Source of the DNA: Pelagomonas calceolata
Lineage: Eukaryota
Direction: 5' to 3'
Assembly: GCA_918797485.1 (NCBI GenBank)
Contig: CAKKNE010000004.1
Coordinates: 3,038,001 to 3,102,000, forward strand
DNA length: 64,000 nucleotides
Below the pieces are notes generated by a model, which did not search any database, had not been told where the DNA came from, and worked only from the letters and a program-made list of their open reading frames with translations. The position numbers and the translations under genes were made by a program. Below, one piece after another: positions 1 to 11,054 of the stretch; positions within the stretch are counted from its first letter, which is position 1; each line of letters opens with the position of its first letter.

Positions 1-626
1 TCGTAGCGGCCCGCGTCGCCCTGGATCTCGCGGCGCCAGTGCGGCGGCGTCACGGGGGCGATCTGGGCCGATCGCTTCGCCGCTATGCAGCGCTCGAGGA
101 CGGCGCTCATGATGATGGCATTTCTTTAATTTGGTCGTCCGCGGTGGTGGTGAGCCCAGCTGCAGCAGAGGGTAATGGTGATGCTGGCTTCTGCCGCGAG
201 TCCTGGCCACCGCTTGCGGGAGCAATGGGTGCAGGTGATAGGCGGGCTGGCAAGCGCTTGCGGCCGACTAAAAAGCACGTATGGCGGGCCCAGGAGCGCC
301 GCGGAGCAGTCTCCAGTCTGCCAAATCTGGCCGCCGCAGCGGTGGCCGCACGGGTAGCGGGATCTGTTCTACCGCCGCAGCACTTGCTCTTGGACTCCTC
401 GACGGCTTCTTGCGCGGTTTGAGCGACCTCTGTTTTGCGCCTCAGGTTTTGTGTGCTTCAGGCATGCATGTGCCATTTTGCCTCATTAATGCTCCGAGAT
501 TCGAAAAATACGCTCACACGTTGTGATTTACAGCTACGAAACGGGACGAGAGCTGTGAGCGTCTCTGCGCAGCGCCAGCAGCCGTGCATTCCCTACACTG
601 CAGCCTCTGCACAGCAAGCAGTCGCG

Positions 627-1880
627 ATGCAATCGCGTCGACGCGGCGCTGTGGTCGTCGCATCGCTGCTCACAAGAGCGCAAGCCCTCGACGTGGTGCT
701 GAGCGAGCGCCGAGGCAGCGGAGCAGCGAGGAAATGGCGGGTCAGCGACCGCATCACGCCACTCACGAATCAACGACCATCGCTCCGCTCTTTGAAGGCC
801 GCGGCGAGGGATGCATTGGTGCCCTCGACGACGGTCGCGCCGGAGTACACGCGCTACCAAGCGTGGCACGTCGCACAAGATCTGTCCACGCAGCTGCGAA
901 GCACGCTGGCGACGTCCGCTGTTTTTCAGGGGCTGGGCATGGGCTCCGGGAACGCCGCCACCGCGCTGGCCGCCACCGTCGCGTGGCTCTCGCGCGACGC
1001 GTCGGGCATGGTCGCGAGTCTAGCGGCGACCGCTCGGTTAGCCCCCCGCTTAGATGGAGACTGCCGGCGGTGGCGGTTCCTGGGCGACGTGTGCGTCGAC
1101 GCTGCTTTAGTTATTGAGCTCGCGACGCCGCACGCGCCACGATCAATGTTCGTGCCGATGCTCTGCGCCGCGTCGGTGCTCAAGGCGCTCTGCGGCGTGC
1201 TGGCGGGCGGCGCCAACGCGGCGGTCAGCGCGCACTGGGCGGCGTCGAGCGCGGATTTTGCGGAAGTGCAGGCTAAAGGTGCAGCTGTGGGCACTCTCTC
1301 GGGGCTCCTCGGCCTGGGCCTGAGCCTGGCGGGCGCGGGGCTCGCCAGTCGGGGCAACCTTGGTGGCGTGAAGACGGCATGGGCGGCATTCGGCGCGTTG
1401 ACGGCGCTGCACGTCGTCTGCTGCGCCGCGGGGCTCAAGATCCTCCGCTTGCGACGCCTCGGCTGCGCGCGGCGCTTCTACCTCGCCGTCGACGCCGTAG
1501 AAACGACCGGGCGGGCGCCCACGCCGGCGGAGCTGGCGGCCCGCGACCGCGTCATCGGCGCCCCCGACGGCTTTCGGGCCGCCGGCGCGTCGGTGTTGCT
1601 GCGGCGCGTCCGCGACCGGCCCGCGCTGCTCGCCGAGCTCCTGCGCGAGGCGCGCGGCCGCTACGTGTGCCTGCCGGGACGGGTCGTCGGCTTGCTCGCC
1701 GGCGCGACGCCGCGCGACGAGCGGGCCGCGTTGTTACATGCGCGACGAGGCGTGGCGCCCGACGAGGCTTCCCTCGACGCCATCGACGACGCGCTCCGGA
1801 AGGCCGGGTTCGATCTCGACGCGCGATTGTTTCCCGCGGGCGGGCCGGTGCTTGAAGTCGTCGATGAGGGCGTGAGTTGA
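627..1880 (+). CDS. RUS1/DUF647 (root UVB sensitive) family membrane protein
   Basis: EYTRYQAW...QDLS, W(L)SRDASGM, LDGDCRRWRF, FAEVQAK motifs; start set to ATG 627 within ORF 435..1880. Confidence 0.8.
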   Translation: MQSRRRGAVVVASLLTRAQALDVVLSERRGSGAARKWRVSDRITPLTNQRPSLRSLKAAARDALVPSTTVAPEYTRYQAWHVAQDLSTQLRSTLATSAVFQGLGMGSGNAATALAATVAWLSRDASGMVASLAATARLAPRLDGDCRRWRFLGDVCVDAALVIELATPHAPRSMFVPMLCAASVLKALCGVLAGGANAAVSAHWAASSADFAEVQAKGAAVGTLSGLLGLGLSLAGAGLASRGNLGGVKTAWAAFGALTALHVVCCAAGLKILRLRRLGCARRFYLAVDAVETTGRAPTPAELAARDRVIGAPDGFRAAGASVLLRRVRDRPALLAELLREARGRYVCLPGRVVGLLAGATPRDERAALLHARRGVAPDEASLDAIDDALRKAGFDLDARLFPAGGPVLEVVDEGVS

Positions 1881-1924
1881 CGAGAATGTATAGTTACGGT
1901 GCTAGGACGAGTAATTTTAAGTTT

Positions 1925-1947
1925 GCTAGTGTCTTACAAGCGCTAGC
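1925..1947 (-). promoter_or_regulatory. Conserved upstream element GCTAGC-N3-TGTAAGACACTAGC
   Basis: gctagtgtcttacaagcgctagc, 90 bp before ATG 2037. Confidence 0.7.
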
Positions 1948-2036
1948 TCGATTATTTTTGCCTGCGTGTCTCTCCAATCCTTGCTCCGTGTGCTGTCGTA
2001 TTGCAAGTTCTGACGGCGAGAGTGCTCAAGGTTATC

Positions 2037-2678
2037 ATGGCACGTCTTATCATCGCATTGGCGCTGCTTTCCGGCTCGGCATCCGCCCTCCTTGCACCTG
2101 TAGCAAGAGCGCCCAGCCCGGTCGTGCGCTCGGCTTTACTCAACGCACCGAGGAAAGAAGGATCGTGGTATGATGGCCTCTCAACGGACCCCGGTGCGGC
2201 CGGCAAGGTCACGCAGGCCGCCAAGGACTACGCGGACACCGTGGCCAACAACGACGTCCAGATGGACGACGTGATTGCCGTCATCGACAGCGAGTTCGAA
2301 TACACGGACGTCGGCTTTTCGGTGGGCGCCGTCGAGAACAAGCCGGGCACGAACGTCAAGTCCTCGAAAATCCTGAGCTACGCCTACCTCACGAAGATGG
2401 ACACCGAGACGGCGCTCAAGTGCTACGGCGAGGTCTACCGGGAGGTCAAGGCCGACCCGAACGGCGACTCGCACGGCAACATCCGCGCGCTCATGAAGGG
2501 CGGCACGGAGTGCGTCAAGTTCCCCTTCGGCCTGTCGCTGACCCCTAAATTAGTGGCGGGCGACGAGGAGTACGACTCGGCGAAGGGCCTCGCGGCGTCG
2601 TCGGCCATCGGCGCCGGCGACGACTGGGACGTCGACTCGGACATCTGGATCCCCGTCGACGGCGTCGATTTGTCCTAA
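2037..2678 (+). CDS. HopJ-like domain protein with signal/plastid-type presequence
   Basis: N-G-N-S-KI, YGEVYREV, P-GDSHGNIR motifs typical of HopJ family; hydrophobic N-terminus ending ASA-L. Confidence 0.75.
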   Translation: MARLIIALALLSGSASALLAPVARAPSPVVRSALLNAPRKEGSWYDGLSTDPGAAGKVTQAAKDYADTVANNDVQMDDVIAVIDSEFEYTDVGFSVGAVENKPGTNVKSSKILSYAYLTKMDTETALKCYGEVYREVKADPNGDSHGNIRALMKGGTECVKFPFGLSLTPKLVAGDEEYDSAKGLAASSAIGAGDDWDVDSDIWIPVDGVDLS

Positions 2679-2691
2679 GTTCACGTTCACA

Positions 2692-3315
2692 TTATCGTCT
2701 ACTACTCGTCCCCGCGAAGTCCAGGATGCCTCTTTCCTTCTTCGAGAAGGTCGACGTGGCGATGAGGTGGCCCTGTGGTGGTTGTTTTTTCCGTCGCTTC
2801 GGCGGTTTGGGGGGCGCGGCGGGGCCGCGGCGCGCGCGCTGGGGCTCCTCCTCCGTCGGCGGCTTTGGAGGCTTCGGGCGCTTCTGCTTCGCCCGCAGGT
2901 CGGCCGGCAGCGCCGCGCCGGGCGCGAGGCCACGGATGCGCCAGAGCCGCGCCGCGCGCTCGTCCGCCGTGCCGCCGGCCTTGGCGCCGCGCCGCGTCAG
3001 CTCCGCCTTGAGCGCGTCGAGGCCCTCGGCCGCGAGCGCCTCCACTGAGTCGAACGCCGTCAGGTCCAGGCCTATCGGCGCGGGTGCGGGCGGCGCGGGT
3101 GCAGCGCTCCACTGCGCCCCGATCTCGAAGCTACTGCTCGCGCCGCCCCGCAGCCCCGCGAAGCCGCGCAGCGCCGCCTCGTCGCGTTCAGCGTCTTGGC
3201 GTATGGCATAGGCGATGGTCTTTGGGGCGACGCCTTCTGGCTCCGGCGCGTAGGCGTCGAGGCCGTGGGCTCTTGCTTGTTCTTTCAGGAGTCGTTCTGT
3301 CGCGTCGTCGGCCAT
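2692..3315 (-). CDS. SDE2/SF3A3-type SAP-like domain protein
   Basis: LDLTAFDSVEALAAEGLDALKAELTRRGAKAGGTADERAARLW. Confidence 0.7.
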   Translation of the reverse strand: MADDATERLLKEQARAHGLDAYAPEPEGVAPKTIAYAIRQDAERDEAALRGFAGLRGGASSSFEIGAQWSAAPAPPAPAPIGLDLTAFDSVEALAAEGLDALKAELTRRGAKAGGTADERAARLWRIRGLAPGAALPADLRAKQKRPKPPKPPTEEEPQRARRGPAAPPKPPKRRKKQPPQGHLIATSTFSKKERGILDFAGTSSRR

Positions 3316-3487
3316 GTCTGTGCCGCGCTGCGATGGCTGGACGCTGCGATGGCGTGCCGCTGCAGCGTGAGTGCTGCTCAAAGGTCTAATCCCCGAGCTG
3401 CACTGATGAAATGCCGACGTGCTGTGGCCTTCTTGGCTAGCAGAGCACCCGTCTACGGGCGTAGGCGGCGCCAGCCGCTTTTGCACA

Positions 3488-3508
3488 GCTAGCCCAGTAA
3501 GACACTAG
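3488..3508 (+). promoter_or_regulatory. Conserved upstream element
   Basis: gctagcccagtaagacactag between divergent genes. Confidence 0.7.
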
Positions 3509-3736
3509 AAACAAGGCCGCTTTTCATATTTTTGGCTGCCTACACGCACCACCAGTGCCTGGTGGTTCGCAGCGATCATTTTTTATTCCACGCGAAGCCG
3601 CCGCACGAGCACTGCGACGCCAAACGCGTGTAAACCTGCTGCACGACCTTTGCGCTGCAGGGTCCGTAAAATCCATTGCGATTGCGAGGCGGGGCTACTC
3701 GGGCTACTCGAGCTCGCGCCAGCGTCAAAAGAAAAC

Positions 3737-4189
3737 ATGAGCGATCCGCCAGCAAAAAGAGCGAAGCCCGACCCCTACGCCAAGTGGCAGTCGGCGCGCG
3801 ACGAAAAGACGGGAGCGGTCTACTACTACCACGTCGACTCCAAGAAGACGTCGTGGACGTGGCCGCCGCCGCTTGACGATGGTGATAAAGCGGACACGCC
3901 TTCATCAGACGTGCCGGAGTTCGAGGCGAGCGCGACGTACGCCGGCCGCCGGCCGGGCCGCGTGTTTAAGCGCGGCGACCGCGGCCAGGGCTATTATAGG
4001 GACCGAGCACCAAACGAGACGGCGGCGCTCCCGGGCAACCTGAGCTTCTACCCGTCCAAAACGTTCGCGGGCCACAAGCCGGGCATGGTTTTTCGACGGG
4101 GCGACCGCGGCCAGGGTTATTATAGGGACAACCCCTTCGGCGGCGTGCCCGTCGGCCAGAAGTGCGAGCGGTACAACCCCCACGCCTGA
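3737..4189 (+). CDS. WW-domain protein with two GQGYYRD repeats
   Basis: WQSARDEKTGAVYYYHVDSKKTSWTWP is a WW domain. Confidence 0.75.
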   Translation: MSDPPAKRAKPDPYAKWQSARDEKTGAVYYYHVDSKKTSWTWPPPLDDGDKADTPSSDVPEFEASATYAGRRPGRVFKRGDRGQGYYRDRAPNETAALPGNLSFYPSKTFAGHKPGMVFRRGDRGQGYYRDNPFGGVPVGQKCERYNPHA

Positions 4190-4285
4190 CTGGCTCGTTC
4201 TGTGTCCGTTGCTCGGTGTCGACCTCCACGCCGTCGAGCAGAGGCAGGAATGGGAATAGTAGTAGTAAATCACACAAGTCTTGTC

Positions 4286-6857
4286 TTAGAAGTAGTTGTC
4301 CAGCGAGGACTGCTCGGAGACCGACCGCTGGCTGTTCAGCGACCGCGAGCTCCGGTTGCTGTGGCGGTAGTAGAAGTTCGCCATGTGCATGGACTTGAGG
4401 ATGGGCCCGGATTCGGACTGGGACCGCGGCCGCTGCTTCGGCACCTCGACGAAGCCGTCCTCGCCGGACGACGGGGGCGAGTCGGGGTCGGCGCTTCTGT
4501 TTAACGCGGGATCGACGACGTTCAGGCCGCTCAGCTGCAGGAGAGAGGGCGACGTGTAGAATGAGGGAGTGCGACCTAACGACGCCGTCTGCGGCGATCC
4601 CGAACGGCGCGCCGCGAGCAAAGATCGTCGCAATCGCTGCACGCCCGTCTCCAGGGCCACCTCGACCGCACAGTGATCTCTGATCTTGGGCAGCTCCCGC
4701 CACGTGTTTCTTTCCCCAGCATCCAGCACCGCTTCCAGTCTCAGAGCACCATCTCCGGTCGCGTTCGTCAATGAACTGAGTACAGAACCGAACAACGACA
4801 GGTGGCCGGCCCAGGGCACGATGGTCACGTCCTCGGGTCTACCCTCATAAGGTTGTGTCAACAGAGCGAGGCCCCACCCACCCAATTGCCAGGGAATCAA
4901 ATCGGCGCCGATCGCAGTGGCCGCTCTACCTAATTGCAATGTAGCACAAAACCTAGCGCCGGCGGCCACCCACGCTTTCAACTGGTGCTTTAGGAAGGCC
5001 AGACCAGCCAACGCGGCGTCCTCGACGCCTGGGGTCTCTCGGCACGTCCTCAACGACACTCGGTCCTCCAGAACACCAGGAGCCTCCGCACCAGTCAATC
5101 TCAAAGCTGAATCACCCAGAATCGCGGCATGCGCATTGACTTGCGAACAGATGAAGTGGTCGCAGTTAAACATGGCCTTCATCGTTTCTATGGGTAAGTC
5201 GGCACCCATGCTCCCGTCCACATACAGCGTCGGTTCGAAATGATCGTCGTGACTATCCTGGCCCTCGTACCTCAAAGAACCGTCCGGATCCCGCGCTAGT
5301 AAGGGAAACGGAGCATAGACACCCGGCACGGAGCACGACGCCCGACTAGCGGACCAGACCACCACATGAGGAGCCGTCAAGTAATTGAGCATCCTGACGT
5401 GCACCTTCCGCGTGTCGTCGATCTGGTCGATAGCTTTCACGGGGATGTTTAGGATCCGCCCCTGTGTGGGAACGGCACCGTCGCGAAACGACCGCGAACT
5501 CTCTCACGAGGCGCGTGGGCGCTCTGGCGGCCGCGTCGACGACGTCGAGGCGGTGCAGTCTCATGAAGACACCATCGCCGCGATCACGTCAGGTTCAAGT
5601 TCATTTTCTACGCTGACTCAGCACCGTTTTGTCGAACGCCTCCTGGAACGTGACGTCACCACCGACGTCCGCTCGGATCACTTCCGCGAGGTGGTCGCCG
5701 TTCATGACCGCCGGCTCTCGCAAGCGTCTGCCTCTCAAACCAGCTAGCAGGTCATCCCTTAAAGATGCTGCCGACCGCCAGCGGAAGAAATCCAATCGGT
5801 ATACTGTATGAGCTTTCTGTTCTAATTTGCGAAATGTCTCTCGTGAGGTCGTTCGTGGCAAATTCACGGTAGGATGCGCCTCGCCGAAGTACACCGCGAC
5901 CTTATCACTTGCGAGTTCATCAATAGCCTCGTCATCAAGATTCCTGCCCCTTTGCCTCTTTACGGCGTCATACAACTCCTCGATCTCCTTATCGTCGCGA
6001 CAGCATAGCAACGAGGCCACAATAGAACCAGCGGACGCGCCCGAGACGACTCTCGGCAACAACCCGGCCCGTCTCAACGCGTGCACAACACCCAAGTGAT
6101 AGATCCCCATGCCCGCGCCACCCGACAACAACAATGCCGTCCGACCGTGCGCGTGCCGGCACTCATTAAAAAAAGCTAAACGAGCATCAATGGGCACCGT
6201 CGGGTCCTGGGCTGTAGCGACGTATTCGAGCGCCGCCGTGGCCGCCGTTAAATAAGCCTCCACCAGCGCGGGGCCGCCGGCTCGCGCTCTTGCGTGAAGC
6301 CGCGGTTCTAACAACCCATGAGCGCCCCTTGATAGTAAAGCGCCGCCCCGCAACGCGTACATCGCGCCATGCACTCCGCCCCGTCGCCCCCGCGGGATCT
6401 GCGCTAGCCTTTGCGTCGCCTCGGCCAATCTTTTGGAATCCAACAGCTTCTCGCCACTGCCACCTCTAGCGCGCCAGGCGTCGCTCCCGTCGGCCGCGTC
6501 GAGCGCCGCCGCGGCCCGGCCCCACGCGTCCTGGGTGGGCGCGCGGGCCAAAGCGTCTATTAGTGATTGTTCCTCTTTGCTGCGTCGGCTGGTTCGTCCC
6601 TTTCTTAAAACGTGCCAGGCGACGACGCCGCACTGTAGACATACAGCGAGCGCGAGCTGTCTCATCGCTCGCTTCGGCCCGGCCGTGAGCTCGACGAGGG
6701 CCCAGCCCATCCGCTCGAGGCGCGGACCCCAGTCATGCGCTGTCTGTGCGAGGCGCGGGCCGGCCGCCCGCGCCCATTTTGTGAAGGCCGGTCCTGCTCT
6801 ACTGAGGACGGCATCGGCGTCGAGCCGCAGGGACTCCCAGCGGCCGCGAAGTGACAT
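4286..6857 (-). CDS. Patatin-like triacylglycerol lipase (SDP1/TGL family); intron 5462-5624
   Basis: LSGGAGMG, GASAG, DGS motifs; splicing restores FQEAFDKT|GRILNI. Confidence 0.9.
5462..5624 (-). mobile_element. Degenerate introner-like intron (GT...CCCACACAG)
   Basis: 3' end matches the family terminal repeat; removal joins two patatin ORFs in frame. Confidence 0.55.
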
Positions 6858-6979
6858 CCTACTCTTTAGCTGTGTTGGGCAAGGAACGCCCGCGCAGCAC
6901 AGTGCTGAGCTTTTAAAATGCGACGTCCCCGGGCGAGCGCAGAACGCGGAGCCCAGCTTTTTGGCTCCGGGAGGGGCTT

Positions 6980-7001
6980 GCTAGCGGCCTAAGACACTAG
7001 C
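6980..7001 (+). promoter_or_regulatory. Conserved upstream element
   Basis: gctagcggcctaagacactagc between divergent genes. Confidence 0.7.
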
Positions 7002-7256
7002 ATTCTGGATTCGGCTTTGGGATTCGGTCTCCGACGACGCATCGGTCCGGGCGAGGGATCCGGACTATGCCTTTGGATTCTGTGCGGCACTTGACTTGGA
7101 GGGCGCCAGCGCTGCAGCACGAATTGGCATCGGGGCGCCAACACCGGGGTAGTTCGACCGCTGCGAACCAGTATAAACAGCACCGCACTTGCAGCCCCCA
7201 GCCGCTCAGGGCTTGACACCACCGTCACAATCACTCGGGCAGCCTCCAACGCCACG

Positions 7257-8653
7257 ATGCGCGCCGCCGCTGTAGCGGCGCTCCTCCTCCACGCCCCGAG
7301 AGCCAACGCCACGAACACCACGTTCGTCCGCGGGCCCGAGGGCCTCAACTATCCGGAGGCCGAGGCCTTCTGCACGGAGATCGGGGCCACGATCGCGTCC
7401 ATCCGCAGCGCGGCGGAGAACGAGCTCGCGCGGACGGCCTGCGGCGGCGCGACGTGCTGGATCGGCCTCGAAGAAATCGGCGGAAACGCTTGGACGCCCA
7501 AGGCGAGCCAGACGTGGCGGTGGGTGGATGGATCCGATGCCACGTACACGAATTGGATGGGCACGGAACCGAACAATCACGACGGAAACGACGAGAGGAA
7601 CGCCATCATGAACTGCTGCGAGGGGGTAGAGGGCGTCGCGTTAACAGATACGGGCGGTTGGTACGACGTGACGGAAGGTTACGACCAACCGAAGCCCCTC
7701 TGCCGGCTGGTCGGCGAGCTCAGTTTCGACCTCGTCCACGTCCCGGCGCAGTGCCAGGAGCGCTGCTGGCCCAAGGAGGGGAAGCAAAACGAGGACAAGG
7801 ACTGCTGCACGTTCGAAGGGAAGATGTCGTGTGTGGACGACAGCCTCGGCGGGAAGTATCAGCTCGTCCGGACCGAAAGGGTCTGCCACGACCACGAAGG
7901 AGACCGCCAGGCGTACAACTACTATTGCCTTCCGTGCGTGGCGGCGTCGGAACCAAATTTCAACCGCGTCCGCTTGGCGTAGATCTCACTCGTCGATTCC
8001 CGCAGGTGCAAAGCCGGGGCGGTCTGCGACAACGGCCGGGGCGACGACGAGAAGGGCTGCCCCGACCATAGCGGCTGGGTAGTTTTCGTCATTTTTCTCT
8101 TCGTCATCCTGCCGCTCTGCTGCATCGGCTGCTCCGTCGCCGCCTGCTGCTTCGCGTGCCAGCAAAACAACCGGCGGCCGCAAGCGCGGGTTCAGCAGCA
8201 GCCGGTCGCCTACGCCGCGGCCCAACCCGCCGGCGGCGCCGTCCAGATGCAGCAGTACGGCAAGCAGCCCTACCAGACCGGGCCCCCACAGGCGCCCTAC
8301 GTGCAGCCGACGGTTGTCCAGCCCTGTGTGGACATCAAATTTTACAGCACGTTCGTACTGATTCTTCGCGTCAACCTCCACGCCATCGACGCGCCGCTTC
8401 GATGGCGTGGCGATGCTGACGGCCGCGCCATCGCCGAGCACCCGACACACTGGTTGCCACACAGGTCCAGCCAACGGTCGTGCAGCCCACGGTTGTCCAA
8501 CCCACTTTTGTACAACCCACTGTCGTACAACCCACTGTCGTACAGGGAAGTGTACAGGGCGCGGTCGTACAGGGAAGTGTACAGGGCGCGGTCGTACAGG
8601 GCGCAGTCGTCCAGGGCGCGGTTGTCCAAGGTGAGATGCAGCGGGAATACTAA
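7257..8653 (+). CDS. C-type lectin domain type I membrane protein with VVQP/VVQG-repeat tail; introns 7934-8005 and 8316-8464
   Basis: Signal peptide, CWIGL, W-W-DGS, YTNW-EPN; splicing gives YCLP|CKAG, a TM helix, Cys-rich juxtamembrane segment and QPTVV repeats. Confidence 0.8.
8324..8464 (+). mobile_element. Introner element (MITE) with perfect 8-bp TSD GTCCAGCC
   Basis: CTGTGTGG...CCACACAG ends; TSD at 8316-8323 and 8465-8472; internal inverted repeat CCACGCCATCGA/TCGATGGCGTGG. Confidence 0.9.
8466..8630 (+). repeat. Coding ~15-bp tandem repeats (QPTVV / QGAVV)
   Basis: Repeated gtacaacccactgtc and gtacagggcgcggtc units. Confidence 0.8.
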
Positions 8654-8678
8654 GTAAGTACAGTGGTATTTTAGACAA

Positions 8679-9218
8679 TCACGACGACGGCGGCGGCGGC
8701 GGGAGCTCGGGGATGCCCGGAGGTTTGCGGGCGATCAGGGGGTTCGGCTTGTAGCCGACGAGCGGCGGCGTCCCGCCCGCGAAGCTCTTGAAGGCCCGGT
8801 CGCCGGCGAAGGGCGCGTCGCCGCCCGCGCGCGACAGCGGCGTGATGGCCACAAAAAAACCGAAGTCTTCGCCCGGCGTGCCGCTGCTCCGCGTGAGCGG
8901 CGGCCGCGGCGCGTCCTCGACCAGGTTGTAGTGCGACGCGTAGGAGTGGAGCGTCGAGGCGACGCGCGTCGGCAGCATGACCGTGAGCACGGCGCCGACG
9001 GCCGCGAGGACGGGGTGGTCGCCGGCCGCCGCGAGCCAGGCCCGCGCGCCGCGCGGCTCCGGCTGCGTCGTCTGCCGCCGCCTTAGGGGTAGCCGCGGCG
9101 CGTCCGCGTCGTCGGCGTCGCGGCGGCTCGATCGTCGTGGCGCGGCGCCGGCGTCGTCCGCGGACGAGGCCGAGGCCGTCGACGCACTCGCCTCGCGGCT
9201 GAGCGCGCTGAGGGCCAT
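8679..9218 (-). CDS. Hypothetical membrane protein
   Basis: Open frame with one hydrophobic segment; converges on the lectin gene. Confidence 0.5.
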   Translation of the reverse strand: MALSALSREASASTASASSADDAGAAPRRSSRRDADDADAPRLPLRRRQTTQPEPRGARAWLAAAGDHPVLAAVGAVLTVMLPTRVASTLHSYASHYNLVEDAPRPPLTRSSGTPGEDFGFFVAITPLSRAGGDAPFAGDRAFKSFAGGTPPLVGYKPNPLIARKPPGIPELPPPPPSS

Positions 9219-9783
9219 CTCTTCGCTAGACGACCGGCGAGCGGACAGGCACGCCGGCGGAGAGGAGGAATTGAGGCGCGGTGGTCTTCTTCGCGGCCGC
9301 GGGCCGCGCTTGTCCGCGCTCTTCACCGGTGACGTCCTAGGATGGACTCAAAACTGACCCTCCGGGGGCGGGGAAACGTTGCGCCGCGAGCGTGGGAATT
9401 CAAATGACTTTCAGCCGTCTGGCGCAGCCTAAGAACGGGTGGGCGTGCGAGGCGGGAGCGGTGAACCAGGCCTTCTCGACTGCTTGTGCTTGCTGCGGTC
9501 GGTAAAATGGCCCAGCCGAAGAAGCCTCGCAAGCTTCGCTCCGCCCGCCCCGAAAGGTCGCCGGCAGGCTACAAATCCGGTTTCTGAAACAGGCCACTAG
9601 GCGCCGGGGCCGGAGGCCGAGGCGCTGCACTTTGCCAGGCTGCCCAGGCTGCCCACCCCACGCCGTCGACCGGCCACGGTCGCAGTTCCCACATATCATC
9701 GGACCGACAAGCCTGCGCCCCCCAAAAAAAACGTCCGTGCGGCGGGGATAAACTAGCTCGACATCGTCACAAAAGAGCGCACG

Positions 9784-10308
9784 ATGACGGCCGCCCGCAA
9801 GCCCCAGTCCCAGGGCTCGCGCGAGCTCATGCACGAGATGTCCATCTGGGCGACGCAGCACCGGCCGAAACTCATCCTGACGGAGTACATGCGGCGATTG
9901 GTCCTGGCGCAGCCGCCGGACCCCCTCGAGTTCCTGAAGAACGAGATCCGGACGAACCCCGTCGTGCCCGGGCCTTATAATATTGAGGAGCCCGACACGC
10001 GGCCAATCGCGGAGCAGGAGAAGCGGCTGGACGTGCGGTCGCTGAACACGAAGAAGGCTGCTTTAAGAAGGGTGTTTGATCGGTTTGCGAACAAGGAAGG
10101 GCTGGTCAAGGTCGCGAAGCTGCTCGTGGACTGCGAGGAGAACCCGACCATATTACTGGAGGCCTGCCCGAAGCACGCCCGGGATTTACCCTTGGCGCTG
10201 GAGAAGGTCGTCACGGACGGCGGGCTCATGGACTGGAACGCGTTTAGGGACTGCGGGCTGCTCTGCCTGTCGCAGCCGGGGCTTTCTCCTGGGCAGGAGG
10301 CCGACTAA
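9784..10308 (+). CDS. Hypothetical protein with RIIa/Dpy-30-like docking segment and EF-hand-like region
   Basis: LVLAQPPDPLEFL; LRRVFDRFANKEGLV. Confidence 0.6.
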   Translation: MTAARKPQSQGSRELMHEMSIWATQHRPKLILTEYMRRLVLAQPPDPLEFLKNEIRTNPVVPGPYNIEEPDTRPIAEQEKRLDVRSLNTKKAALRRVFDRFANKEGLVKVAKLLVDCEENPTILLEACPKHARDLPLALEKVVTDGGLMDWNAFRDCGLLCLSQPGLSPGQEAD

Positions 10309-11054
10309 TACAGTTTTTTTACTAGTCATGGCGCCGCGATTTTTGCACGTCAGGCCGCGTCTTTCTCAATAGCATCGGAGTAGAACCGATAAATCCCCCG
10401 AACAGTGGGAAACGTCAGCCATTTCGATCGGTCAGTTGCGCGACTCCCGTACTGAGTGCGCGCGCGCGTCCAGCCAAAAAAACATTTCGGTGCTGAGATG
10501 GATGTGGTGCAGGCACATATGCCATGGCAGCGGACGACGGGCATCCATCGGCTATCATTCTACGGAAGCGTCACGATACGGCAGCGCGCCCGCGCCACGC
10601 TGCCCGCGCGTCGGCGCACTTCCCACGGCTCCCTTTCGGCTGCCCTCCAACTCTTGCTGGTCCAGCAGCTGCTCTGGAGCCGCGCATTGGTAGGGAGGCA
10701 GGGGACGGTGGCCGCGTACGGGTCGCGCACAACACACGTCGCGTCCGAGGCTACGGGTGGACGGGATGGCTTGTCACTGGTCGGGGACAAAGCGCGGCGG
10801 CGCGCCGCGACGGCGGCAGGAAACGCAGAGGTATCGGTCTCTGGACGACACGATGTCTCCGGTTGCTTGTGGCCGTGTCTTATCGCGTATTATGATTTGT
10901 GTTTTCTAGGTACGGACACTAGGAGCACTGGGTGATTTTGTATTGTGCAGTGGATTACTGAGGCTAGACGTGGATACTCTTAGCGAACGGCACGATAAAA
11001 AGAACTCATCGCCCTTGATCGACGGCGCTAGCGACAAATTGAAGCCGTAGCAGC

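Noticed and set aside
1..110. Possible 5' end of a minus-strand gene (MSAVLERCIAAK...)
   Set aside because: Only 36 codons visible and no recognisable motif
8466..8630. Tandem repeats as a non-coding array
   Set aside because: They translate in frame as QPTVV/QGAVV once the introner is spliced out
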